The notes under the pieces were generated by a model. The model did not search any database. It saw only the letters and a program-made list of their open reading frames with translations, and was not told the origin of the DNA. Below, in pieces: positions 1 to 9,312 of a stretch of 64,000 nucleotides of DNA. The DNA lies in contig CAVVLJ010000004.1 of assembly GCA_963749075.1 (NCBI GenBank), positions 256,001 through 320,000 on the forward strand, in the 5' to 3' direction. A program made the translations under genes and the position numbers. Position 1 is the first letter of the stretch; each line of letters opens with the position of its first letter. This stretch comes from an uncultured Pseudomonadota bacterium. Lineage in GTDB: Bacteria > Pseudomonadota > Alphaproteobacteria > JACZXZ01.

Positions 1-2
1 GG

Positions 3-653
3 CCCGAGGCGATCGCTCCCGGCTTGCGGCCGGACGCAGTCGTCTTCGCGGTCAAGCCCCAGGCCATGGATGCGGCGGCACCGCCCTATCGCCGCTACGC
101 GGGCGCCGGCACCGTCTTCCTCTCGATCGCCGCGGGCAAGACGATCGGCTATTTCCGCGCGCGTCTGGGGGATGCCGCCGCCATCGTGCGCGCCATGCCC
201 AACACGCCGGCGGCGGTCGGCCGCGGCATGAGCGTGTGCTGCGCGGGGCCGGGCGTCCCGCCGGCAGGGCGGCAGCGCTGCACGGCGCTCCTCGAGGCGG
301 TGGGCGAGGTCGCCTGGGTGGAGGACGAGGGGCTCATCGACGCGGTGACGGCGGTCTCGGGCGGGGGACCTGCCTACGTCTTCCTCCTCGTCGAATGCCT
401 GGCCTCGGCGGGTCATGCTGCCGGGCTGCCGGCCGAGCTCGCACTCAAGATCGCGCGCTCGACGGTCGCCGGCTCGGGCGAGCTCCTGCGCCAGTCGTCC
501 GAGCCACCCCAAGTGCTGCGCCAGAACGTGACCAGCCCCGGCGGCACCACCCTCGAGGCGCTCAAGATCCTCATGGCGCCGGACGGCATGGCAGCACTTT
601 TCGAGCGCGCGGTCGCGGCCGCCACCCGCCGCTCGCGCGAGCTTGCGAGCTGA
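3..653 (+). CDS. proC: Pyrroline-5-carboxylate reductase (5' truncated by window edge)
   Basis: AVKPQ, SIAAG, RAMPNTPA, TAVSGGGPAY and VTSPGGTT motifs; frame open to the window start. Confidence 0.95.
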   Translation, partial: PEAIAPGLRPDAVVFAVKPQAMDAAAPPYRRYAGAGTVFLSIAAGKTIGYFRARLGDAAAIVRAMPNTPAAVGRGMSVCCAGPGVPPAGRQRCTALLEAVGEVAWVEDEGLIDAVTAVSGGGPAYVFLLVECLASAGHAAGLPAELALKIARSTVAGSGELLRQSSEPPQVLRQNVTSPGGTTLEALKILMAPDGMAALFERAVAAATRRSRELAS

Positions 654-663
654 GTGGCGCGCC

Positions 664-1149
664 ATGGCGGCGCAGAAGACCCTCAGCGCGAGTGCCGCCA
701 AGGTGCAGCAGGCCTTGCTGGCACTCGGCTTCGCCAATGAGGTGATCGAGCACGCCCAATCGACGCGCAGCGCCGCCGAGGCGGCGGCGGCGGTCGGCTG
801 CAGCGTCGGCCAGATCGCCAAATCGATCGTCTTCCGTGCCAAGGGCTCGGGCCGCCCGATCCTCGTGGTGGCGAGCGGGCCCAACCGGGTGAGCGAGAAG
901 GCGATCGAGGCGCTCATCGGCGAGCGGCTCGGCAAGGCGGATGCCGGCTATGTGCGCGAGCGCACCGGCTATGCCATCGGCGGCGTGCCGCCCGTGGCCC
1001 ATGCCGGGCGGCTCGAGACCTTCATCGACGAGGATCTGACGCGCTTTCCCGAGATCTGGGCGGCGGCGGGCACCCCGAACGCCGTCTTCAAGCTGACGCC
1101 GGACGAGCTCTTGCGCATGACCGGCGGCCGCGTGGTGCGCTTGGCCTGA
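664..1149 (+). CDS. YbaK/EbsC family aminoacyl-tRNA deacylase
   Basis: QIAKSIVF, TGYAIGGVPP and WAAAGTPNAVF motifs; ATG at 664. Confidence 0.9.
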   Translation: MAAQKTLSASAAKVQQALLALGFANEVIEHAQSTRSAAEAAAAVGCSVGQIAKSIVFRAKGSGRPILVVASGPNRVSEKAIEALIGERLGKADAGYVRERTGYAIGGVPPVAHAGRLETFIDEDLTRFPEIWAAAGTPNAVFKLTPDELLRMTGGRVVRLA

Positions 1150-1259
1150 GGACGGTGGCGGCAGCGCGTTTGGATATGCCCGCTTGGATATAGTGCCGGG
1201 CGGTCCCACTTAATGAGGGAGAGAGATCCCGCGATCCTGAGCCATGGGAGGGGACGGCG

Positions 1260-1889
1260 ATGGCGAAGCGAACGAGGAAGCCGAGCGATCCGGCCCGCCA
1301 CGCGGTCGACTGCGCGCTCGCGCTCGCCGCCGAGCGCGGCTGGCGGCGCGTCAGCCTCGGCGACATCGCGGCCGCGGCCAAGCTGCCGCTCGCCGAGCTC
1401 TACGGCCTCTACCCCTCGCGGGCGGCAATCCTCGCCGCCTTCTTCCGTGGCATCGACGAGGCGGTGCTCGCCCAAGGCAAGCCGGAGGGCGAGACGCCGC
1501 GCGACCGGCTCTTCGACCTCTTGATGCGCCGCTTCGAGGCCATGAGGCCCCATAAGCCGGGCCTCGAGGCGATCCTCGGCGAGGCGGCCCGCGACCCGCT
1601 CGCCCTCCTCTGCGCGGCACCGCGGCTCAAGCGCTCGATGGCCTGGACGCTCGAGGCCGCCGGCATCGCCAGCCACGGGCTTCTCGGCTGCCTCAGCGCC
1701 AAGGCCCTGGCGGCCGTCTATCTCGCGAGCCTGCGCAGCTGGCTCGCCGACGACAGCGCCGACATGAGCCGCACCATGGCCGCCCTCGACCGGCACTTGC
1801 GCCGCGCCGAGAGCTTGGCCGGGCTCTGCCGCGGCGTCGTCCGCCGGGGCAAGCGCGGCGCCGGCGCGGCGGAGGCCGCCGCCTCCTGA
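1260..1889 (+). CDS. TetR/AcrR family transcriptional regulator
   Basis: N-terminal HTH (LAAERGWRRVSLGDIAAAA), PRDRLFDLLMRRFE, SRTMAALDR; GGGAGG SD upstream. Confidence 0.85.
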   Translation: MAKRTRKPSDPARHAVDCALALAAERGWRRVSLGDIAAAAKLPLAELYGLYPSRAAILAAFFRGIDEAVLAQGKPEGETPRDRLFDLLMRRFEAMRPHKPGLEAILGEAARDPLALLCAAPRLKRSMAWTLEAAGIASHGLLGCLSAKALAAVYLASLRSWLADDSADMSRTMAALDRHLRRAESLAGLCRGVVRRGKRGAGAAEAAAS

Positions 1890-1969
1890 ACCGCTCCCCG
1901 TGCTGGCGAAAGGCGCGCCCGCCGAGCGCGCAATAAAATTACGAAACGTCGGCCCAGAGACATTTTTGT

Positions 1970-2038
1970 TGCACTGCAAAATATCCTTGACGCGGCGCCT
2001 GGCAAGGCCCATATTGGCATCGATGCTGCACTGCAACA
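1970..2038 (+). promoter_or_regulatory. Phasin promoter with two PhaR-type boxes
   Basis: TGCACTGCAAAA (1970-1981) and TGCACTGCAACA (2027-2038) flank TTGACG-N17-CATATT (1987-2015). Confidence 0.7.
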
Positions 2039-2063
2039 TGAACCGTTGAGAGGAGGCTTCCCC

Positions 2064-2504
2064 ATGTCCAAGCCCTTCAGTCCCTTCGGTGAGCTCGATT
2101 TCAGCAAATACATGAGCGAGCTCAAGTTCCCCGGCGTCGACCTCGATCAGCTGGCGAACTCCTATCGCAAGAACATCGAGGCCTTCACCTCGGCGAGCCA
2201 GGTCGCCGTCGAGGGCGCCCAGTCGGTGGCGAAGCGCCAGGCCGAGATCCTGCGCGAGACGATGGAGGAGTACGGCAAGCTGCTGCGCGAATATTCGGCT
2301 CCCGCGAATGCCGAGGAAGCCGCCGCCAAGCAGGCCGAGACCGCCAAGCGCACCTTCGAGGCGACGCTTACCCACATGCGCGAGATCAGCGACATGATCG
2401 CCAAGACCAACAACCAGTCGCTGGAGCTCATCAACAAGCGCGTCTCCGAGCTCCTCGAGGAGGTCCGGGCGATGACCAAGCCGAAGACCAAGGCAGCCGC
2501 CTGA
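2064..2504 (+). CDS. phaP: Phasin (PHA granule protein)
   Basis: RKNIEAFT...EGAQSVAKRQAEILR...INKRVSELLEE pattern; AGGAGG SD; PhaR boxes upstream. Confidence 0.88.
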   Translation: MSKPFSPFGELDFSKYMSELKFPGVDLDQLANSYRKNIEAFTSASQVAVEGAQSVAKRQAEILRETMEEYGKLLREYSAPANAEEAAAKQAETAKRTFEATLTHMREISDMIAKTNNQSLELINKRVSELLEEVRAMTKPKTKAAA

Positions 2505-2685
2505 CCCGCACGGTCGCACGAAGCTAGCCGCGCGCCCCTCGAGGCGCGCGGAGCCGGCCAGGCGAAGGGTCGCCTCTCTGGGGCGGCCCTTTGCACGCGC
2601 CCAATCTTTGATGCGGCGATCTTGCCGGCCAGGCGGGCCGATGGTAGCGTGCGCGCCTCGCAAACGGGGAGCGTGCCGGGCGGCC

Positions 2686-3024
2686 ATGACGGAGATCAGC
2701 TACGCGGATTTCGAGCGCGTCGACATCCGGGTCGGCACCATCGTCGAGGCCGAGGCCTACCCCGAGGCGAGGAAGCCCGCCTTCAAGCTCAAGGTGGATT
2801 TCGGGCCGGCGCTCGGCATCAAGCGGACCTCGGCGCAGATCACCAAGCATTACGCGCTCGCCGGGCTGGTCGGCCGCCAGGTCGCCGCGGTGGTCAACTT
2901 CCCGCCCAAGCAGATCGGCAAGTTCATGAGCGAGGTGCTGGTGCTCGGCTTTCCCGACGCGGAGGGCGGCGTGGTGCTGGTCCAGCCAAGCCTCGGCGTG
3001 CCCAACGGCGGCAAGCTCTTCTGA
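2686..3024 (+). CDS. csaA: CsaA tRNA-binding protein / export chaperone
   Basis: DFERVDIRVGTI, SAQIT, VVNFPPKQIG, SEVLVLG, PNGGKLF. Confidence 0.92.
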   Translation: MTEISYADFERVDIRVGTIVEAEAYPEARKPAFKLKVDFGPALGIKRTSAQITKHYALAGLVGRQVAAVVNFPPKQIGKFMSEVLVLGFPDAEGGVVLVQPSLGVPNGGKLF

Positions 3025-3059
3025 GCGGCTCTGCGCTCGGCGTGGCATGCTCAGTGCGG

Positions 3060-3081
3060 AAGCCGAGCATTGAGCTTGGCC
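3060..3081 (+). repeat. Left imperfect inverted repeat of the methylase-nuclease cassette
   Basis: AAGCCGAGCATTGAGCTTGGCC; the reverse complement of 6381-6401 is AAGCCGAGCATAAGCTTGGCC. Confidence 0.75.
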
Positions 3082-3092
3082 ACAGGGTGGTC

Positions 3093-4127
3093 CTATCGGG
3101 TTCTGAAGTCCGCCAGACGGGTGCATTCGATCAGGCGGTCAAGGTTCTGCAGAGTGAAGACCTTGCCGCCTGTGGCAAGCAATAGCTTCTTCATGTCTTC
3201 ACGCCGTACACTGAAGCCCCGCCCAGCGATGCAAGCGATGACCTGAAAATGCGGCTCTTGGCCGGCGCTGCGTTCGCGCATGCTCAGCGAATGGAGGTGT
3301 TGCACTCGGGTGACCTTGTCACGAGCCGTGCCGTCGTCCTCGGTGACCTTCGCCTCGATGACGGCGAATGGATTGAACTCGTTCGGGATGATGAAGTCAG
3401 GCGCCTGATCAAACCCTTCCACCCGCTCGGCCCGTTTGGTCTTGCGATAGCTGACCCCTCCTGCTGTCAGGGCGTCCTCTATCGCGGCCTCGAGCACGTC
3501 CCCGATCAGTTCGCTCACAGAGTCGCGGTGCCCCGCAAAGGGTCGTCCGAGAAAACGATCGTAGAGCATCATCGCATAAGGGACACCGAGATCGGCCAAA
3601 GGCTGGAGACTGGCAAGGCCGCGCTTTGTGTCGACCTTATCTAGGCGGTGCAGGACGCCCGCTGCGGTAGCCGGCGCACCCTCATCGAGAAGATGACAGG
3701 CAGTGACGACGAGAGCACTAAGCCGGTCGTCGGTAAGGCCTGCGCTCAGCCTAAGCGGTACCAGAGGGGCCAAGCGAATTTTGCGATCAAGCGCCCGCGC
3801 GGCACTTTGACTCACCGTCACGCCAGTGTGCTCGCTTGCAACATATGCCCACTCAGGAGGGGTAAATCCGAGTATCGTTCGCAGCACGATGAGGGCGATC
3901 GGCATACGGTGCGTAATCGCCAGTACCGAATCGGGCTGAATGTCGCGGAAGCCGCCGGTGCCGCGCTTGAGTGCTTCGTACCCTTGCTCGAATACCGGAT
4001 ACTCGATAAAGCCCGGCCCCTTCGGGAGCCTCATGAATTCAGAGTGCAGGCAGGCGAAGACCGCATCGACATAGGACTCAATATCGGCTTTGACCTGCTC
4101 GAGGGTCGCCTCAAAAGGAAATGACAT
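3093..4127 (-). CDS. Putative restriction endonuclease, PD-(D/E)xK fold (DpnII-like C-terminus, possible N-terminal HTH)
   Basis: E..IE...APDFIIP...VIEAK...G..RDK...IAGRGF; overlaps the methylase stop; lower GC. Confidence 0.7.
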   Translation of the reverse strand: MSFPFEATLEQVKADIESYVDAVFACLHSEFMRLPKGPGFIEYPVFEQGYEALKRGTGGFRDIQPDSVLAITHRMPIALIVLRTILGFTPPEWAYVASEHTGVTVSQSAARALDRKIRLAPLVPLRLSAGLTDDRLSALVVTACHLLDEGAPATAAGVLHRLDKVDTKRGLASLQPLADLGVPYAMMLYDRFLGRPFAGHRDSVSELIGDVLEAAIEDALTAGGVSYRKTKRAERVEGFDQAPDFIIPNEFNPFAVIEAKVTEDDGTARDKVTRVQHLHSLSMRERSAGQEPHFQVIACIAGRGFSVRREDMKKLLLATGGKVFTLQNLDRLIECTRLADFRTR

Positions 4128-6321
4128 CGCGCTCTTCTTCGCCATGACCATCTTCTCGGGCAAAAAGCGGCGTGCGTTCAACCGGCTCAAAATCGACGGT
4201 TGACCCTCTCTGGACGAAGCTGCCGATCACTGCGCTAAGGTCGCCGTAGGTGTCGACGACCTGGGCGATCTTCTTGAGACGCTTCTCCGTGGGTAACGTT
4301 CGGTCCCATCCCGTACGCAAGCGCCAGATCGCCATGCGCGTGAGATGTCCATAGACGATGCAGCGTGTGTCGCCGGCGGTCGGCTTCATCCCGGCGCTCC
4401 GAAGCTGGGCGAGTTCGTCGCGTACACTATCCGACAGCTGGCGGAGCGTGTCGAAAATTTGGCTGCGCCGCGCGCGGCCGTGCATACGGCATACGAAGAC
4501 CGTATCCACGATCGATGATCCGGTCCCATGGATGTGGATTGATCCCCCCATTTCCGCGGGACAGGGGATTGTCGCCGAGCACGTAAGCCCAGCATCAAGG
4601 ATCGCAACCCCGACTGCATGGTAGGCTTTCAACCGGTTATGGTGGAAAGTGAAGGCCAGGGGCGCTTCAGGCTTTAGTGCCCCCGCCATAGCAAGGTAGA
4701 CGGATGCAAGGCCTTCGGTAAAATGTTCGATGCCACGCGCTTGCGTGACGTTGCCAGTCAACTCGTCAATCGAACGTGTCGATCCGCGGTCGAAGCCCTC
4801 GAAACTCTCGCCCACCAGCCGACGGAGCCAGACATAGCAAAAATCCATCAGCTCGCCGTACTGAACATTTCCGAAATATGGAGGATCGGTGAAGACTGCG
4901 TCCAGGCTGGCCGGTTCCAGCGTTAGCGCAGTCGAGCTGGTGCAACGTAAGGTGATTGACCGTGGTCGACGGCCGTTGAAGCGCTCGCCAATCCATTCGC
5001 CTTTTATCGGCACAAATACCTTGCGGCCATGATCTCGCCGAACCTCGAAGGGCTCATCGCAGTAGCGCTTTGCTTTGTAATATTTCTCGACAATGTTGGA
5101 CCAGCCGCCCGAACCTACGCTGGCGCCTTCGCCGTTCGCAATGCCAAGGAGATTCGACTCGCAATAGACAAGGCCTACTGGAAAGCCATGAATAGAAAAA
5201 ATGTCGAGCGACTTCAGCGCCATCGTGTCATAGCGACAAAGCATATTCTGATAGCGCAGTAAATCAGACAGGTTGGTCGCAAGGGCTCGGCGGATGCGCT
5301 CGCTGGGGATGGCAGCGATCAGGCGGCAGCTTAGCTCCAACCCAAGAAGTTGGCGCTCGTTAAACATTTCCCGGTAGCGCTGATATCCCCAACGATGCAG
5401 CCGGTCCGTCTCATCGCCGGGCAGAATTTCTTGATCAGGTACATATTTCGGTGCCACGTCCCGCCAAAGTTCCACCACAGCTTTGTAACGCTCCAAGTCG
5501 TGCGCGTCGGGCTTCTTAAAAAATCGGCCGCGGTGCTTGCCCCGTCGTCGGGGGTTGTAATATTCGATCGCGAACATCCGATGCCGATGCGGTCCTGCTT
5601 CTGGCCGTGGATATGCGTTTATATGCCCGCAACGTTGGCAGGAGCACCGATTGCGCTTGGCCGGGCCGGGATCTCTCAACTGCTCTGAGCACGTCCCACA
5701 GCTGCCAGGGTGCTTCGGGTCGTCGACCTCATTGAGTTCGCCACAGCCAGGGCACACAAGGACATAGAGCGGGTGCCGAGTGTCGTCGGCAACGAGGTAG
5801 CCAGGAAATAAATCGATGTCCCGACCACAGTGCCGACAATCGATCACCTTAACCCAAAGAAAATATTTAACGGAAACGTCGCAGTCGCCGTAACGCGGAC
5901 AATTCGTGCGATAGGCCTGTCCGATCTCGGTGCCGAGGGTAGCCATCAGCTCCGCCGCGGCCCGGCGATAAGCGGCGAGATCGATATGCTCAAGCTCCTC
6001 GCGAACGATCCACGCGGCCATCGGATTGATATCGAACCCGAGCACATCGCAGCCAATACGATTGGCTTCGATGAGCGGCGTGCCGCCGCCCATAAAGGGG
6101 TCGGCAACCCTTCGTTCCGGGAAATCGTGCGTACGAAAGAAGCTTTCACGAAGCGGCTCGTCACAGAATTCGGCCAAGGCCAATCCCCGGAAGAGAGTAC
6201 CGGGGCGCCGCGCGAACCATTTGTGGACGGCGATGATGGGCCGGTAGTTCTGCTGAATTTGTTTCTCCTTCAGCGCCATCGCCGCGATGAAGGCTGTATC
6301 GAACTGTCTTTCGATGGACAT
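4111..6321 (-). CDS. DUF1156-type amino (N6-adenine-type) DNA methyltransferase with Zn-ribbon insert
   Basis: HKWFARRP N-terminus, DPFMGGG motif I, TDPPY motif IV, four CxxC pairs. Confidence 0.88.
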   Translation of the reverse strand: MSIERQFDTAFIAAMALKEKQIQQNYRPIIAVHKWFARRPGTLFRGLALAEFCDEPLRESFFRTHDFPERRVADPFMGGGTPLIEANRIGCDVLGFDINPMAAWIVREELEHIDLAAYRRAAAELMATLGTEIGQAYRTNCPRYGDCDVSVKYFLWVKVIDCRHCGRDIDLFPGYLVADDTRHPLYVLVCPGCGELNEVDDPKHPGSCGTCSEQLRDPGPAKRNRCSCQRCGHINAYPRPEAGPHRHRMFAIEYYNPRRRGKHRGRFFKKPDAHDLERYKAVVELWRDVAPKYVPDQEILPGDETDRLHRWGYQRYREMFNERQLLGLELSCRLIAAIPSERIRRALATNLSDLLRYQNMLCRYDTMALKSLDIFSIHGFPVGLVYCESNLLGIANGEGASVGSGGWSNIVEKYYKAKRYCDEPFEVRRDHGRKVFVPIKGEWIGERFNGRRPRSITLRCTSSTALTLEPASLDAVFTDPPYFGNVQYGELMDFCYVWLRRLVGESFEGFDRGSTRSIDELTGNVTQARGIEHFTEGLASVYLAMAGALKPEAPLAFTFHHNRLKAYHAVGVAILDAGLTCSATIPCPAEMGGSIHIHGTGSSIVDTVFVCRMHGRARRSQIFDTLRQLSDSVRDELAQLRSAGMKPTAGDTRCIVYGHLTRMAIWRLRTGWDRTLPTEKRLKKIAQVVDTYGDLSAVIGSFVQRGSTVDFEPVERTPLFAREDGHGEEERDVISF

Positions 6322-6380
6322 TGGGGGCCGTTACGGTTTGGCGGCGGCGCTCTCGATTTAGTTGGCTAGCGCCTGGAGCA

Positions 6381-6401
6381 GGCCAAGCTTATGCTCGGCT
6401 T
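6381..6401 (-). repeat. Right imperfect inverted repeat of the methylase-nuclease cassette
   Basis: GGCCAAGCTTATGCTCGGCTT, inverted copy of 3060-3081 (20 matching bases). Confidence 0.75.
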
Positions 6402-6414
6402 GAGAACAATACAA
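6386..6414 (-). promoter_or_regulatory. Putative sigma70 promoter for the methylase
   Basis: Minus strand TTGTAT-N17-TAAGCT; -10 inside the right IR, -35 outside it. Confidence 0.45.
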
Positions 6415-6443
6415 GAACGAAAATCACGTGGAGTCGAGCGCCC

Positions 6444-7058
6444 TCACGCCGCGCGTTTCCACCAGGCCGAGAGGCGGTGGCGCAGCAGGTCCCAGACGAC
6501 GTGGCCGCTGCCGCTCACCCAGTTGAGCTGGACGACCTTGCGCGGGCCGACGAAGAGCTTGTGGCCGTGGTAGGAGCGGCTGCTCCTGCGGAAGGCGAGC
6601 ATGAGGCCCGCCTCGGGCGGCACCTCGAAGGCGTAGTCCTCGAGATCCTTGGGCGAGCGCAGCAGCCTCAAGCGTCCGCCCGAAGGCTCCCACGGCTCGT
6701 TCAGGTAGATGAGCACGGTGATGATCTTGCTCTTCGAGTCCGTATGGATGAAGCCGTCGCGCTCGCCCGAGCGGCCGCGCACCGTCACCATGGTGGGCCG
6801 GCCGGCAAGATCCAGGGCGAACTTGGCCTCGATCGCCGCGCGGAACTCCGGCCCTTCGAGCTCGGCCAAGAGCGCCGCGAAAGTCTCGCCGTAGCTGAGC
6901 TTGTCCAAGGGAAAGCTCCCCGGCTCGGCGATCGCGGGATAGCTCGCGCGCACCTCGGCGAGCGTCGCCTCCCGCACGAAGCCGGGAACGACGACGAACT
7001 CGTAGGGTTCGGCCGCAAGCGGCGTCTTGGCGAGGCGGTCGAGGTCGAGAAACTTCAT
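6444..7058 (-). CDS. 2OG-Fe(II) oxygenase
   Basis: IHTD...LIYLN...GGRL...SYHGH...RK facial triad and 2OG-binding Arg. Confidence 0.88.
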   Translation of the reverse strand: MKFLDLDRLAKTPLAAEPYEFVVVPGFVREATLAEVRASYPAIAEPGSFPLDKLSYGETFAALLAELEGPEFRAAIEAKFALDLAGRPTMVTVRGRSGERDGFIHTDSKSKIITVLIYLNEPWEPSGGRLRLLRSPKDLEDYAFEVPPEAGLMLAFRRSSRSYHGHKLFVGPRKVVQLNWVSGSGHVVWDLLRHRLSAWWKRAA

Positions 7059-7108
7059 GAGCTATTTTAACACGGGGCCGGGAGCGCGCGAAACCGCCTC
7101 TCCGCCTT

Positions 7109-8422
7109 TCACAACGGCAGCCTGAGGCGCGCGCGCAGGCCGCCCAAGGGCGAGTCGTCGAGCAGTATGTCGCCGCCATGGGCGCGCACCACGTCGCGCG
7201 CGATGGTGAGGCCGAGGCCGACGCCGCCCGTCTCGAGGTTGCGCGAGGGATCGAGGCGGAAGAAGGCGCGGAACACCGCCTCGCGCTGGTCCGCGGGGAT
7301 GCCCGGCCCGTCGTCGTCGACCAGGACCTCGACCGCGTCGGCGCGCCGCCCGGCGCGCACCTGGACGTGCTTGCCGTAGCGCACCGCGTTGAGCACGACG
7401 TTCATGAGGCAGCGCCGGATGGCGTCGAGCCTCAAGGGGAGCACGAGATGCTCCTCGGTGTGGAGGTCGATCTTGGCGCCCTCCTTGCGGGCGCTCGCCA
7501 CCACCTGCTCGAGCACGGCCGAGATGTCGGCGGGCTCGGGCGCCCCGCTGCCCTCGCCGCGGGCAAAGGCGAGGTAGCCGTCGACCATCTTCTCCATCTC
7601 CTCGACGTCGGCCTTGAGCTCCTCGATCTCGGCATCGTCGCCGAGCATGGCGAGCTGCAGCTTCATGCGCGTGAGCGGCGTGCGCAGATCGTGCGAGACG
7701 CCCGCGAGCATCTCGGTGCGCTGCTCGATCTGGCGCTTGATGCGGGCGCGCATCTCGATGAAGGCCTGCGCCGCCTGGCGCACCTCGGCGGCACCCGCCG
7801 GGCGGAAGTTGGGCACGTCGCGGCCCTTGCCGAAGCTGTTGGCGGCGGCGGCAAGCCGCCGGATCGGGCGCACCTGGTTGCGCATGAAGATGGTGGCGAT
7901 GGCGAGCAGCACCAAGGACGAGCCCACCATCCACAGGGTGAAGATGGTGGTGGTCGGGCTGAACAGGCGCTTGCGCGTGGTGGTGGTGACGAGGACGCCC
8001 TCGGGCAGCTGCACGCGGATCTCGATGTCGTGCTCGATCTCGGTCTCGCCCACGCGGTAGGGCTGGGTGAGGCTCTCCTCGAGGGCCGGCACGAGGACGT
8101 GGGCGAGCTCGGAGGAGTCGGCGTCCGGCTCGGGACCTGCCAGCTTGGCGCCGGCGTCGAGCGTCGCCCGGATGCCCATGCGGCCGTCCGCCATCTCGAA
8201 GATCCAGTGCCGGCTCTCGGCATCGGGATACTGCTCGAGATAGGCGACGATGAGTGCGATGTCGCCGGCCAGGTTGCTGGCGAGCCGGCGCGTCACCGTG
8301 TCCCAATGGCGCTCGTAGAACACCGTGGTGGCGACGACCTGCAGCAGCACGAGCGGCGTCACGATGATGAGGAGCGAGCGCGCGAGGAGCGTGCGCGGCA
8401 GGTATCGCTTGAGCCACGGCAT
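7109..8422 (-). CDS. envZ: EnvZ-like sensor histidine kinase
   Basis: Two TM segments, HAMP, SHDLRTPLTR H-box, N/G1/F/G2 boxes. Confidence 0.9.
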   Translation of the reverse strand: MPWLKRYLPRTLLARSLLIIVTPLVLLQVVATTVFYERHWDTVTRRLASNLAGDIALIVAYLEQYPDAESRHWIFEMADGRMGIRATLDAGAKLAGPEPDADSSELAHVLVPALEESLTQPYRVGETEIEHDIEIRVQLPEGVLVTTTTRKRLFSPTTTIFTLWMVGSSLVLLAIATIFMRNQVRPIRRLAAAANSFGKGRDVPNFRPAGAAEVRQAAQAFIEMRARIKRQIEQRTEMLAGVSHDLRTPLTRMKLQLAMLGDDAEIEELKADVEEMEKMVDGYLAFARGEGSGAPEPADISAVLEQVVASARKEGAKIDLHTEEHLVLPLRLDAIRRCLMNVVLNAVRYGKHVQVRAGRRADAVEVLVDDDGPGIPADQREAVFRAFFRLDPSRNLETGGVGLGLTIARDVVRAHGGDILLDDSPLGGLRARLRLPL

Positions 8423-8433
8423 GCCGGTCTCCC

Positions 8434-9123
8434 TCAGTCGGGGCGCAGCATATAGCCCTTGCCGCGCACCGTATGGAGGTAGCGCGGCACGCGCGGATCG
8501 GGCTCGATCTTGCGCCTGAGGCGCGTCACCTGCACGTCGATCGCCCGTGTGTTGCCCGAGACCTCGCTCTCGGCGGCGAGGCGCTCGCGCGAGAGCGGCT
8601 GGCCGGCGTGGCTAGCGAGGATGCGCAAGAGCCGCGCCTCGCTCTCGGTGAGCTTGAGGACGGCTCCCTCGCGGCTCAGCTCGTCGCGCTTGAGGTCGAA
8701 GGCGCAGGCGCCGAGGCGCACCCGGGTGATCGCCGCCACGGCCTCCGCCGCCGGCATGCGGGCGAGGATGCGCTGGATGCGTAAGACGAGCTCGCGCGGC
8801 TCGAAGGGCTTGGCGAGATAGTCGTCGGCGCCGCGCTCGAGGCCGCGGATGCGCTCGGCGGGCTCGCCCATGGCGGTGAGCATGAGGATCGGCACCTGGC
8901 TCTTGAGGCGCAGCGCCTCGGTGAACTCGAGGCCGTTCTGACCCGGCATCATCAGGTCCAGCACGATGAGGTCGAAGGCGAGGCTCTCGAGCCGCGCCCA
9001 GGCCTCGGCGGCATTGCCGGCCACCGTGACGCGGAAGCCCCGCTCGGCAAGATAGCGGCGCAAGAGCTCGCGCAGACGCTTGTCGTCGTCGACGACGAGG
9101 ATGTAGGGCGGCTCGCTGGACAT
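8434..9123 (-). CDS. ompR: OmpR-family response regulator (PetR-like)
   Basis: VVDDD, LDLMMPG, GADDYLAKPF, wHTH (IDVQVTRLRRKIE, TVRGKGY). Confidence 0.88.
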   Translation of the reverse strand: MSSEPPYILVVDDDKRLRELLRRYLAERGFRVTVAGNAAEAWARLESLAFDLIVLDLMMPGQNGLEFTEALRLKSQVPILMLTAMGEPAERIRGLERGADDYLAKPFEPRELVLRIQRILARMPAAEAVAAITRVRLGACAFDLKRDELSREGAVLKLTESEARLLRILASHAGQPLSRERLAAESEVSGNTRAIDVQVTRLRRKIEPDPRVPRYLHTVRGKGYMLRPD

Positions 9124-9312
9124 GGCCGATTATACCCCAGAGGCGCGCCAAAAAGGAGTTGCTTAGCGCAGAGGGCGCGGGGGAAGCGCCGAGGACGCAG
9201 GGATCGCGCGCCCTTCGAGGGCGGCCGCCGCGCGGGCGGCGTCACTCCAGATTCTCCTCCGCGCCCGCTGCGCAACCTCGGCGCCCTCCGCGCCGATGCG
9301 ACTCTTCTGCCG

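Noticed and set aside
1170-1191. TTGGATAT direct repeat upstream of the TetR gene
   Set aside because: Too short to assign; TetR operators are usually palindromic
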